Shown: positions 9,868 through 18,284 of the stretch, one piece after another
Layout of the letters: each line of letters begins with the position of its first letter
How positions within the stretch are numbered: the first letter of the stretch is position 1
Assembly (NCBI GenBank): GCA_964560795.1
Contig: CAZLNX010000001.1
Coordinates: 227-64,226 of the forward strand
DNA from: an uncultured Anaerolineales bacterium
Lineage (GTDB): Bacteria > Chloroflexota > Anaerolineae > Anaerolineales > UBA11858
Direction: 5' to 3'
DNA length: 64,000 nt
Notes under the pieces: generated by a model
What the model was told of the DNA's origin: nothing
Seen by the model: only the letters and a program-made list of their open reading frames with translations
Databases searched by the model: none
Translations under genes and position numbers: made by a program

Positions 9868-9941
9868 GTCTCATCTCATTGAACAAAAGACCCCGAACAA
9901 CTTGTTGTCATTCGAGGTCTTCAGAACACTCTATTTACTCA

Positions 9942-10667
9942 CTATACCATAACTTCATCAGGCAAGCGCATGGTCTCGTTGGCCTTGATGATCTCATCGG
10001 AAACATCGAAGTTCAGGTCTGCACCAACCATTTGCTGGACGTATTTTTTGATAGATACGTCCCAGTATTTTTTGGTGACGTAGTACACACGGGCGCCGCC
10101 CAACTCGTGCTGGTACTCAGGCCAGGGATAACTGGGTTGGGCCATGCCAACACCCCAACGCTTCCAGCCATTGTAGCTTTCGTAAGTGGCCCACCATTCC
10201 TGATTACCAAGGATTTCGAAGCCATAGTAAGCCTTGGCGTAGTACATGATGGCGCCAATGCGCAAACCGCGCATCAGGGCCATGGTGTGTAGGCTGATGT
10301 TGATCTCTTTGCTCATCAGGCGTCCGTTGGCAAAACCCGCCAACTGGCCATCAACGATGCCAACCAACACGTATGGATCTTTAAGTCGTTTACGATACCA
10401 ACCAGCCAGTTCAGCATAGACACGAGCGCCAACCACATCATAGAAGTCGTGTTTGGCCTGCATCACTTTCATGACATAGTCCATCATCATAGGAGCCTCT
10501 TCAAGCTTGGCTTCACGAATATATAGCTGGCGACCATCTTTCAATTCAATGGTGGCTGGGTTCCAGGGCTCTAAATCCATTGGGGGAGCTTGCAGGATCG
10601 GTTCAATTTCTTCAACATCAAAGGTAACCTGAGGTCGGGTAACTTCACATGGGGGATCGAGTCGCAT
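9942..10667 (-). CDS. hypothetical protein (possible acyltransferase-like fold, function unknown)
   Basis: 241-aa ORF on the same strand and in the same context as its neighbours, preceded by AAGGAGAAAT. I recognise no confident family signature. Confidence 0.5.
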   Translation of the reverse strand: MRLDPPCEVTRPQVTFDVEEIEPILQAPPMDLEPWNPATIELKDGRQLYIREAKLEEAPMMMDYVMKVMQAKHDFYDVVGARVYAELAGWYRKRLKDPYVLVGIVDGQLAGFANGRLMSKEINISLHTMALMRGLRIGAIMYYAKAYYGFEILGNQEWWATYESYNGWKRWGVGMAQPSYPWPEYQHELGGARVYYVTKKYWDVSIKKYVQQMVGADLNFDVSDEIIKANETMRLPDEVMV

Positions 10668-10690
10668 GATATTTCTCCTTTTAGAAACTG

Positions 10691-10710
10691 GATATTAGAT
10701 ATTAGATATT
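10691..10710. repeat. GATATTA x 3 heptamer tandem repeat
   Basis: GATATTAGATATTAGATATT lies about 25 nt upstream of the 9942..10667 start. On the coding strand it reads AATATCTAATATCTAATATC. Confidence 0.8.
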
Positions 10711-10795
10711 GGAAAACTACTCTTAAATCCCGTCACTTCGTTGAGCCTAGTGCAAGCACTGAACGCTTTATGACGGGCTTCTTAAGCAAAGTCGA

Positions 10796-11677
10796 TTATT
10801 CTAAAAGCGCAGCACTAAGCTTATCTAAACTTTCCACATGGCTGGGATCAATCGCATCGCCATGTTTTGTTTTGGGCATACCCGCTTTCTTGGCCATCAA
10901 TTCTTCATAGCGATCATCTTCGACAAAAGCCACACAGCGGCCGATGCTGGCCTCACCATCGACGAAGCGCCAGGGGAAGAAACCAATCTTGGCGCGTTGG
11001 TTGAGCAGCAGATCAATATCACCGCCCAAGCATTCGGCATGGATGATGCCATGCGGGAATAAATCAATATGCATCATCTGGTATTTGTTGTCATCGTAGA
11101 ACTCAGCCAGAGTCTTGCCAAACTTTTTCTGGAAGACCTTTTCGGCTTCTTTGGTCTGACGAGGCATCCAGTTGCGAATGATCGTGTTCATCGGGTGGTC
11201 TGCACTGCCACAATCGACGCCGATCCAGCGCAATTTCTTGGCAATGGCCCATTCTACAAATTCATAGTCTGGACCGGGATGCTTGACCATGTAGCGGATC
11301 TCATCAGCGGTGTCATGATCCCAACCAAAATGATGGTAACCGGTGTGGATGATGAGTATATCGCCCTCTTTGACTTCGACGCGTTCTTCGATCATGGCGC
11401 TGGTATAGACGTCGTAGTCGCCAGCCACATCGCTGAGATCGACAATGACACCCTCATTGACCAAGAAATCCATGTCCAGTTCAGCCATATCCTTGCCCGG
11501 TGTATAAAAATGGATCTCGCCATCCAGGTGCGTGCCCAGGTGATTGGAATGAGTCAGCAGTTGTCCGTTAGCTCCATTGGGGGCTAATCTCTTGAAATAT
11601 TTGACTTGCAGAGGTTCATATGTTGGCCAAGGGGGGGTGCCAACGCCTAAGGGAATCGTAAGATCAATTACTTTCAT
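10796..11677 (-). CDS. cyclase-family hydrolase (kynurenine/arylformamidase-like)
   Basis: HxGTHxDxxxH signature (HLGTHLDGEIHF) and length typical of the putative-cyclase family. Confidence 0.75.
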   Translation of the reverse strand: MKVIDLTIPLGVGTPPWPTYEPLQVKYFKRLAPNGANGQLLTHSNHLGTHLDGEIHFYTPGKDMAELDMDFLVNEGVIVDLSDVAGDYDVYTSAMIEERVEVKEGDILIIHTGYHHFGWDHDTADEIRYMVKHPGPDYEFVEWAIAKKLRWIGVDCGSADHPMNTIIRNWMPRQTKEAEKVFQKKFGKTLAEFYDDNKYQMMHIDLFPHGIIHAECLGGDIDLLLNQRAKIGFFPWRFVDGEASIGRCVAFVEDDRYEELMAKKAGMPKTKHGDAIDPSHVESLDKLSAALLE

Positions 11678-11753
11678 TCAACTTTCTCCTTAAATTTTTT
11701 GAGTGATGAAATGTATCCGAACAATATCAATAAAGTATAGGACTAATTTGGTC

Positions 11754-12875
11754 TTATATCATACCAGATAACAACGCCAGGACAACACCACCTGCAATCA
11801 CGCTACCCAATTGGCCAGCAGTATTTGCACCCATGGCGTGCATAAGCAAGAAATTATCAATATCGTATTCCTGCCCTACGCGTTGTACAACACGCGCCGA
11901 CATAGGAAACGCGCTGATACCAGCAGCCCCAATGAGAGGATTAAACTTACCTCCAGATAAAACGTACAGCAATTTCCCAAACAGAACGCCACCTGCCATA
12001 TCCAATACAAAGGCAAACAAACCCAAAATCAAAATATATAAAGTTTCCAGGCGAACAAAAGCGTCGCCAGTCATCGTAGAACCTACTGCCAGACCTAGAA
12101 ATATGGTCGTCACATTGGCAATTTCATTTTGAGCAGCATTGCTTAGGCGGTCCACAACTCCTGATTCACGTAATAGGTTCCCAAACATAATTGTTGCTAT
12201 CAACGGTGAGGCAACTGGCGCAATCAGAGAAACGAATATAGTTACCACTATCGGAAAGAGCACCCGCGTTGTTTTAGAAACTTCTCTTTCAGAATACGGC
12301 ATGCGAACTTTCCGTTCTGCATCGGTTGTCAGAAGGCGCATGATTGGTGGCTGAATAATTGGCACTAGCGACATGTAACTGTATGCCACCACAGTGATCG
12401 GCGCTAACATATCTGGCGCCAATCGACCCGCCACTAAGATCGCTGTGGGGCCATCCATCGTGCCGATCACACTAATAGAGCCAGCCTGTTTTATATCGAA
12501 ACCAAGAGCCAATGCTAACAACAGGGTGCCAAAAATCCCAATATGCCCGGCCGCCCCGAGCAAAGCCATCTTAGGATTTTCTAGCAACGGTCCAAAATCT
12601 GTCATTGCTCCTAATCCAATAAAGAGCAATAGAGGGAAAAGCTCGGTTTCAATTCCAATCCGATACAAAACACCCAAGAGACCATGCTCACCGGATATCC
12701 CCGTCAAAGGCAAATTGGTCAAGATTGCACCAAAACCAATGGGTAGCAGCAGCATCGGTTCATAATTTTTAGCAACGGCCAGGTAGATCAGCACACCCCC
12801 CAAAGCCATGATCACCAAATTCTTCCAGGTCAGGGCTAAAGGCGCTTGAAAAATGATTTCAGTAATATTGTCCAT
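11754..12875 (-). CDS. Na+-translocating decarboxylase beta subunit (OadB/MmdB/GcdB family)
   Basis: Polytopic membrane protein with the OAD_beta look. The track ORF extends to 12950, but ATG at 12875 (MDNITEIIFQ) follows the upstream gene's stop (12883) without overlap. Confidence 0.85.
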   Translation of the reverse strand: MDNITEIIFQAPLALTWKNLVIMALGGVLIYLAVAKNYEPMLLLPIGFGAILTNLPLTGISGEHGLLGVLYRIGIETELFPLLLFIGLGAMTDFGPLLENPKMALLGAAGHIGIFGTLLLALALGFDIKQAGSISVIGTMDGPTAILVAGRLAPDMLAPITVVAYSYMSLVPIIQPPIMRLLTTDAERKVRMPYSEREVSKTTRVLFPIVVTIFVSLIAPVASPLIATIMFGNLLRESGVVDRLSNAAQNEIANVTTIFLGLAVGSTMTGDAFVRLETLYILILGLFAFVLDMAGGVLFGKLLYVLSGGKFNPLIGAAGISAFPMSARVVQRVGQEYDIDNFLLMHAMGANTAGQLGSVIAGGVVLALLSGMI

Positions 12876-12882
12876 AAAGCCC

Positions 12883-13332
12883 CTACTCGTAGGTGAACAG
12901 CACTTCGCCGTAATCCACAGCCTGACCCACACTGACCTCAACAGTGGCAATTACCCCTTCGCGAGATGCATAGATCACGTTTTTCATCTTCATGGCATCG
13001 AGCACACAAAGCTCATCCCCTGCCCCCACAATCTGACCTTTCTGCGCATGTACTTCTACAATATCTCCGGGCATAGGCGATGTAACTACGTCTTCGCTAG
13101 AAGTGCTTGCCGAAGATATTTCAGGTTTTTTCACAACAGCAGCTGCCGCTGGCAATGGAGTTCGCTTTACTGCCTTGACCTGGGGTTTTTCAACATGACT
13201 GGATAGAACCACCTCATACGTTTTTCCATCAACAACAGCAATTATCGGAGATGCAGATAAATCCTCGATTTCGACTAAGAATTCCTGATCTTCTATTTTT
13301 ACTAAAACCCGTTGGCTTTTATCACTCATCAT
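12883..13332 (-). CDS. biotin carboxyl carrier subunit of the decarboxylase
   Basis: C-terminal biotinyl domain with LDAMKMKN (biotinylated Lys in the AMKM motif) and an Ala/Pro-rich linker. Start trimmed to ATGATG at 13332/13329, preceded by AAGGAG. Confidence 0.85.
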   Translation of the reverse strand: MMSDKSQRVLVKIEDQEFLVEIEDLSASPIIAVVDGKTYEVVLSSHVEKPQVKAVKRTPLPAAAAVVKKPEISSASTSSEDVVTSPMPGDIVEVHAQKGQIVGAGDELCVLDAMKMKNVIYASREGVIATVEVSVGQAVDYGEVLFTYE

Positions 13333-13633
13333 GGCTCCTTTGAACCCCGCTCTTGGGAGGCGGTGATTCAAGCAACGCACCCAAATTGGCAGTGTGTTTT
13401 CTTTCTCTTTGCAAAGAAGCAACCGAAACGGCAATACCGGCTGCTCTCATCCTCAAATCATCCCAATAAGGTGCTAAATCTTCTTGCGCATCTTCCGGTT
13501 CCGAGTTTTCCGTGGTTCTCACGCTGAACATCTCGCGCAAAACAACCATCACCAGTATCAACAAACCCAAAGAGGCAAAGGTGATCAATAAACCCAATAC
13601 ACTGAGTTGAAGCCCCTGTGTTAATTCACTCAT
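13322..13633 (-). CDS. small membrane anchor subunit (OadG/decarboxylase gamma/delta-like)
   Basis: 103 aa with a single N-terminal TM helix (LSVLGLLITFASLGLLILVMVVL). Position between the carboxyltransferase and BCCP genes is as in Na+-pump decarboxylase operons. Confidence 0.7.
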   Translation of the reverse strand: MSELTQGLQLSVLGLLITFASLGLLILVMVVLREMFSVRTTENSEPEDAQEDLAPYWDDLRMRAAGIAVSVASLQRERKHTANLGALLESPPPKSGVQRSHDE

Positions 13634-13643
13634 TGACTATCTC

Positions 13644-15200
13644 CTATAGCGGGATATTGCCGTGCTTTTTTGGACGCGTGGAAACTTGTTTGTCCTTGAG
13701 CAGTTCTAACGCGGCGATCAAACGCGGTCGGGTTTCTGACGGGATCAAAATCTCATCAATATGTCCACTGGCAGCCGAAGTATAGGGCTTAGAGAATTTC
13801 TCTTTGAATTCAGCCACGATCTCCTGGCGCGCTTCCTCAGGATTTTCTTCTTCCTTCAATTGCTTGGAATAAAGGATATTTACCGCTCCATCAGCTCCCA
13901 TCACGGCAACTTCAGCTGTCGGCCAGGCGAAGACCAGATCCGTGCGGATGTACTTGCTGCTCATGACGATATACGCCCCCCCATATGCCTTGCGGGTGAT
14001 CACAGCGATTTTGGGAACCGTCGCTTCTGAATAAGCATAGACGATCTTAGCCCCATGTCGGATGATACCGCCATGCTCCTGTTTGACACCCGGCATAAAC
14101 CCTGGCGTATCCACAAAGGTAAATATGGGGAAATTGAAAGCATCACAGAAGCGAATAAAACGGGCAATCTTATCCGACGCATCGATATCCAAAACACCGG
14201 CCACCGCCAATGGCTGGTTGGCAACAATTCCAACTGCGCGCCCGTGCAAACGGGCAAATCCAACGACAGCGTTAGGAGCAAAATTCTCATGGACAGGCAT
14301 AAAGCTGCCCAGGTCAAAAACTTTTTCGATAACATCGCGGATATCATAGGCTTCGCCAGGGTCAGCGGGGACGATGGTATCCAGGCTTTTATCTTGCCTC
14401 CAGGGGTCGTCCTTTGGGGTGGTTGCCGGCGGAGACTCTGCATTGCTCCCGGGCAGGTACCCAACCAATTTTCGGGCAATTTCAAGAGCGTGGGCTTCAT
14501 CAAGAGCAGCGAAATGAGCTACACCACTGACCCTACTGTGGACTTCCGTCCCACCCAAGGATTCCAGGTCAACCTTTTCACGAGTGACGGTTTCGATTAC
14601 CTTTGGCCCGGTGATGAACATATGGCTGGTATCCTGGGTCATGATCACAAAATCCGTCAGCCCCGGAGAATAAACCGAGCCACCCGCGCAGGGCCCCAAC
14701 ATCACACTGATCTGGGGGATCACGCCGCTGGCCTGGGTATTACGCCAGAACAATTCAGAAAAGGCAGCCAGGCTGTAGACACCTTCTTGAATACGGGCAC
14801 CGACAGAATCCATCAAACCAATGACCGGAACCCCAGAATCCATGGCCAGATCCAAGATTTTCGCTACTTTCTGACCGTGCACTTCTGAGAAGGAACCGCC
14901 CAGGACGGTAAAGTCTTGGGCATAAACACAAACCATACGCCCATCGATCTTACCGAAACCCACCACTACACTGTCTCCAGCGGTGCGCTTCTCGTCCATG
15001 CCAAAATCGCTGTGACGATGAGTCCAATAAGCGTCAACTTCAAGGAAACTACCTTCATCCAGCAATTGATGCACACGTTCGCGCGCCGTCTGTTTGCCCT
15101 TGGCGTGTTGCGCGTCGATACGTTTTTGGCCGCCACCTTTAGCAATCTTCTGGCGCGTTTCCTCTAGTTCATTTATCAAAGATTGGTGTTCTTCTGTCAA
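13644..15200 (-). CDS. acyl-CoA carboxyltransferase (methylmalonyl-CoA decarboxylase alpha / propionyl-CoA carboxylase beta family)
   Basis: 518 aa with two crotonase-like halves. Typical N-terminus (RIDAQHAKGKQTARERVHQLLDEGSF) and GGAYIVMSSK block. Confidence 0.9.
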   Translation of the reverse strand: MTEEHQSLINELEETRQKIAKGGGQKRIDAQHAKGKQTARERVHQLLDEGSFLEVDAYWTHRHSDFGMDEKRTAGDSVVVGFGKIDGRMVCVYAQDFTVLGGSFSEVHGQKVAKILDLAMDSGVPVIGLMDSVGARIQEGVYSLAAFSELFWRNTQASGVIPQISVMLGPCAGGSVYSPGLTDFVIMTQDTSHMFITGPKVIETVTREKVDLESLGGTEVHSRVSGVAHFAALDEAHALEIARKLVGYLPGSNAESPPATTPKDDPWRQDKSLDTIVPADPGEAYDIRDVIEKVFDLGSFMPVHENFAPNAVVGFARLHGRAVGIVANQPLAVAGVLDIDASDKIARFIRFCDAFNFPIFTFVDTPGFMPGVKQEHGGIIRHGAKIVYAYSEATVPKIAVITRKAYGGAYIVMSSKYIRTDLVFAWPTAEVAVMGADGAVNILYSKQLKEEENPEEARQEIVAEFKEKFSKPYTSAASGHIDEILIPSETRPRLIAALELLKDKQVSTRPKKHGNIPL

Positions 15201-15276
15201 AATTGCCTCCCCTGAGTTTCATATTGAATTGTCATATGGCATTCCCTTCACAAATTTGCTCTGATCATGCCGATTT

Positions 15277-15306
15277 ATTGTATTCGCCAATTGTCAGACA
15301 TGTCAA
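15277..15306 (-). promoter_or_regulatory. candidate sigma70-type promoter of the decarboxylase operon
   Basis: Coding strand reads TTGACA (15306-15301), 18 nt, TACAAT (15282-15277), about 75 nt upstream of the start at 15200. Confidence 0.35.
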
Positions 15307-15389
15307 CTTACAAATATCACTTCTCAGAATATTCTACAGCACTCAATATAGTTCTTCCAATACCTTTGCCTGACAAGAATAGCCTAAAT

Positions 15390-15416
15390 TCGAAGCCCCC
15401 AAATAGGGGGCTTCGA
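15390..15416 (-). terminator. stem-loop, candidate intrinsic terminator after the CBS gene
   Basis: Perfect 11-bp stem TCGAAGCCCCC / GGGGGCTTCGA with loop AAATA. On the coding strand it is followed by ATTTAGGCTATTCTT, which is only moderately T-rich. Confidence 0.55.
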
Positions 15417-15525
15417 TCAATCAAGTAACATCCGGAGGATGGATGCTATTTTCTACTGCTCAATACCAAGAATCAAGTGCTTCATTGGCATATATCCAGC
15501 ACTGGATTGCATTCCATGCAGAAAT

Positions 15526-15972
15526 CTAGGTGGCAAAATCTGAGCCGAGGAGATAGTTTTCTAACCCTTTGATCGTGCTTTCGCGATCAGACAACATCGT
15601 ATCAGATACATCTCGAATCGAAACCATGCCGACAAATGTGTCATTATCTATCACGGGGAGATGACGAACGTGGTACTGGTTCATCAACACCATACATTGT
15701 TCCATCGATGTATCCAGATTCACTGTTATCATTTTCCGGGTCATGATTTCACGTACGAGGGTATCAGCTGCAGACATCCCCTTTACCTCACATTTACGCG
15801 AGTAATCCCTTTCGGTAAATATACCAATGACCCTTTCATTTTCAACCACCATCACTGAACCGATGTTGGCTTCAGCCATAACTTCGAGTGCTCGAAGTAC
15901 CGTTGCTGTTCCTGTTAATATATAGTTCTCACGGTTGTCTTTTTGCTCTATCAATTGTCCTACAGTTGCCAT
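15526..15972 (-). CDS. CBS-domain pair protein
   Basis: 148 aa with two CBS repeats (GSVMVVENERVIGIFTERD and RHLPVIDNDTFVGMVSIRD). Confidence 0.85.
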   Translation of the reverse strand: MATVGQLIEQKDNRENYILTGTATVLRALEVMAEANIGSVMVVENERVIGIFTERDYSRKCEVKGMSAADTLVREIMTRKMITVNLDTSMEQCMVLMNQYHVRHLPVIDNDTFVGMVSIRDVSDTMLSDRESTIKGLENYLLGSDFAT

Positions 15973-16013
15973 AATTCAACCTCCAAAATGCTTGAATGGG
16001 TAACCAGGATTCT

Positions 16014-16868
16014 CTAGGCATCTTCTTTGGGTTTATGATCGCGCCAGTAGCTGATATAGCGGGTACCATAGGTATCGCGTCCCATCAGCAGATCGGTCGC
16101 CCGAATGGTGCTGGCCAGCTTGATGGGATCAGTGATAGCACAGGTAGCGCCCTCGCCCATCGCCAGCGACAAGAATGCCTGATTGACCGTGTGTCGGTCT
16201 GGCAGGCCAAAAGATACGTTGCTAGCTCCCAAGTTGATGTTGACTCCGAATTCCTTCTTCAATAATTGAACCGTTTGCAGCGTCACTGCGGCAGCATTGC
16301 TATCGGCGCCTACGGTGAGCACCAACGGATCGATGACGATATCTTCGATACCAATGCCCAGTTTAGCAGCTCGCTCGATGATCTTCTCAGCAATGGCGAC
16401 GCGCGTTTCGGCATCATTGGGAATACCATCATCGTCCATGGTCAGTCCTATCACCGAAACACCATGTTCACCGACCACAGGCAAGACAGCATTTAGTGAT
16501 TTCTCTTCGCCATTGACAGAGTTCACCAAAGGTTTTCCTGGAAGTACAGCCAAGGCTGCTGCTAAGGCCTCATGATTGGCAGAATCCAGGCACAGGGGTG
16601 TATCGACGGATTCAGCGACGATCTTAGCAACCTCGGGCAGCACGGCCACTTCGTCAAGGCCGGGCACGCCAACGTTGACATCCAGAATATCCGCCCCGGC
16701 TTCGACCTGTTTGATCGCTAAGCCACGGACATATTCATAGTCGCCTTCTTTTATCTTTCCGGCCAAGATCTTTCGTCCAGTAGGATTAATCTTCTCCCCG
16801 ATAATCACAAAGGGGGCATCATAACTGATGGTTACTTCTTGTTTCTCGCTTTTCAATATGGTTTTCAT
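16014..16868 (-). CDS. pterin-binding methyltransferase (methyl-corrinoid:tetrahydrofolate, MtgA/AcsE/MtrH-like)
   Basis: 284 aa TIM-barrel pterin-binding domain. Blocks IIGEKINPTG, GADILDVNVG, LCLDS, NSVNGE, GASNVSFGLP. Confidence 0.85.
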   Translation of the reverse strand: MKTILKSEKQEVTISYDAPFVIIGEKINPTGRKILAGKIKEGDYEYVRGLAIKQVEAGADILDVNVGVPGLDEVAVLPEVAKIVAESVDTPLCLDSANHEALAAALAVLPGKPLVNSVNGEEKSLNAVLPVVGEHGVSVIGLTMDDDGIPNDAETRVAIAEKIIERAAKLGIGIEDIVIDPLVLTVGADSNAAAVTLQTVQLLKKEFGVNINLGASNVSFGLPDRHTVNQAFLSLAMGEGATCAITDPIKLASTIRATDLLMGRDTYGTRYISYWRDHKPKEDA

Positions 16869-16910
16869 GGTTTATTCCTTTCTTCTAAGTGTCGAATCTG
16901 CTGTGGGGGA

Positions 16911-18284
16911 TTAGAACGTTACACCAATTTGGATAAGTTCATCTTTGACTTCGTGATACATACCCAGCCATTCAGGCGTAGGTTGCAGGGTACTCAAATC
17001 ATATACCTCTTGGAAAGGCTTACCGATTGGCTGGGATGGCAAATCATCTTCATAGATCGCCAGAAGTTTCTTGACAATCTCATCGGCTTGTTCGCGGCTC
17101 ATCCCGGCGGCGGCATGGGCGACTTCGGCGCTGAAACGAGATTCCAGGCCGCTGCAGTGGCACGAGTTGGTGCCCGTGGCAGTCATGCATGCCTGGGGAA
17201 CAGTGAGACCAGAAGCCACCCCGGAGATGATGAAGGCGGCACATTCATACAGCAAAGATTTTGTGCCCGGTCCCGCGGCAGGTTTGCAGAGCGAAGCCGT
17301 CAGCATCTTGCTGTGTCGCGAGATGGCCTGAAAAGCCAGACTCTGCGCCCAAAGCGATTCGGGAGTGGCATCGCTGTGCAGGAAGGGGTGCGCCGAACTA
17401 ACGCTGATGGTGGTGCCCATGTAATTCTGATTGACCACGATCAAACCTGCTGCCAGGCCAATGACCACACCTTCAGCACCGCCCAAAAAACCGCCATAGA
17501 TGATATTCAAATATCCTTCCATGTGTGCACCAATGCGGGTGATGTGAGCCACTTTGGAAAGTAAATCATAATTGGTTTTGAATTCACTGGGTGCTGAAAC
17601 ATGGTGCCAATCGCTGGGGCGAACACCACCCCAGGAAGCAGCCGAAATCTGAGCCAGAGCTGTAGGAGAGATCTCAATACAGCCAATAGGCATACCCGGT
17701 CTGCCAGCCCGGTTGATGGTCTCGAAAGATAACTCCGTTTCGCGCCAACCGCCCAACACTTCCCATGGTGAAGCTGCTTTAATGGGATGGCCGTAGACGC
17801 GCTCGATGGTCGGATTCTCGATGACATCGATCAACGGCTCCTGAGCATAGCTGAGCATGATGGGCACGAACATATCTTCAGGCACAGGGACACCGAAGGG
17901 ACCTCCTACAAAGGCCGGCGCACTGGGGGATTCCGGCGTGCGAGCCTTGATCGTCACTGTATCATTGCCGGTTCCTAAGACTACTTCTCCCGGGCAACTA
18001 CTCAAACCCTGCAGGTATTCATCTTCTGTCCAGGTGATGCGCCGGTTGGTATCCTGACAGAACATACCTACTTCGACGGCGAATTCCAAGCCGGCCTGAA
18101 AGATGCGATCCGCCAGATCGTCATCGGCGGGCACGATGGTGGCACGATCAAACTTGATATCATATTTTTCAATTAACCGTTTGACCGTCGAGGTGATCAA
18201 TTTGGCTTCGAACTCTTTTTCGTCAATGATAGGGCCAGTTTCTGCCCTGTGAAGGATATCTAAGAGACGTCCACGATTTTTCAT
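16911..18284 (-). CDS. MttB-superfamily methyltransferase paralog 1 (non-Pyl; subfamily A)
   Basis: 457 aa, uninterrupted. Family blocks RAETGPIIDEKEFE, DDDLADRIFQAG, SDWHH, GPGTKSLLYE, SGLESRFSAEVAHA. Its ATG overlaps the TGA of the upstream Mo subunit (ATGA at 18281-18284). Confidence 0.85.
   Translation of the reverse strand: MKNRGRLLDILHRAETGPIIDEKEFEAKLITSTVKRLIEKYDIKFDRATIVPADDDLADRIFQAGLEFAVEVGMFCQDTNRRITWTEDEYLQGLSSCPGEVVLGTGNDTVTIKARTPESPSAPAFVGGPFGVPVPEDMFVPIMLSYAQEPLIDVIENPTIERVYGHPIKAASPWEVLGGWRETELSFETINRAGRPGMPIGCIEISPTALAQISAASWGGVRPSDWHHVSAPSEFKTNYDLLSKVAHITRIGAHMEGYLNIIYGGFLGGAEGVVIGLAAGLIVVNQNYMGTTISVSSAHPFLHSDATPESLWAQSLAFQAISRHSKMLTASLCKPAAGPGTKSLLYECAAFIISGVASGLTVPQACMTATGTNSCHCSGLESRFSAEVAHAAAGMSREQADEIVKKLLAIYEDDLPSQPIGKPFQEVYDLSTLQPTPEWLGMYHEVKDELIQIGVTF

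Noticed and set aside
9811-9880. CRISPR array
   Set aside because: The only tandem repeats are contiguous 19-nt and 7-nt units without spacers. No cas genes are present.
14055-14888. Long antisense ORFs inside recognised genes (for example 14055..14888, 21448..22275, 28409..29026, 35936..36733, 44675..45487, 46772..47347 and 47360..48001, all plus strand)
   Set aside because: Each lies entirely within a minus-strand gene with clear family signatures. Their translations are Arg/Gly/His-rich with no recognisable motifs, which is typical of shadow ORFs at this GC content.
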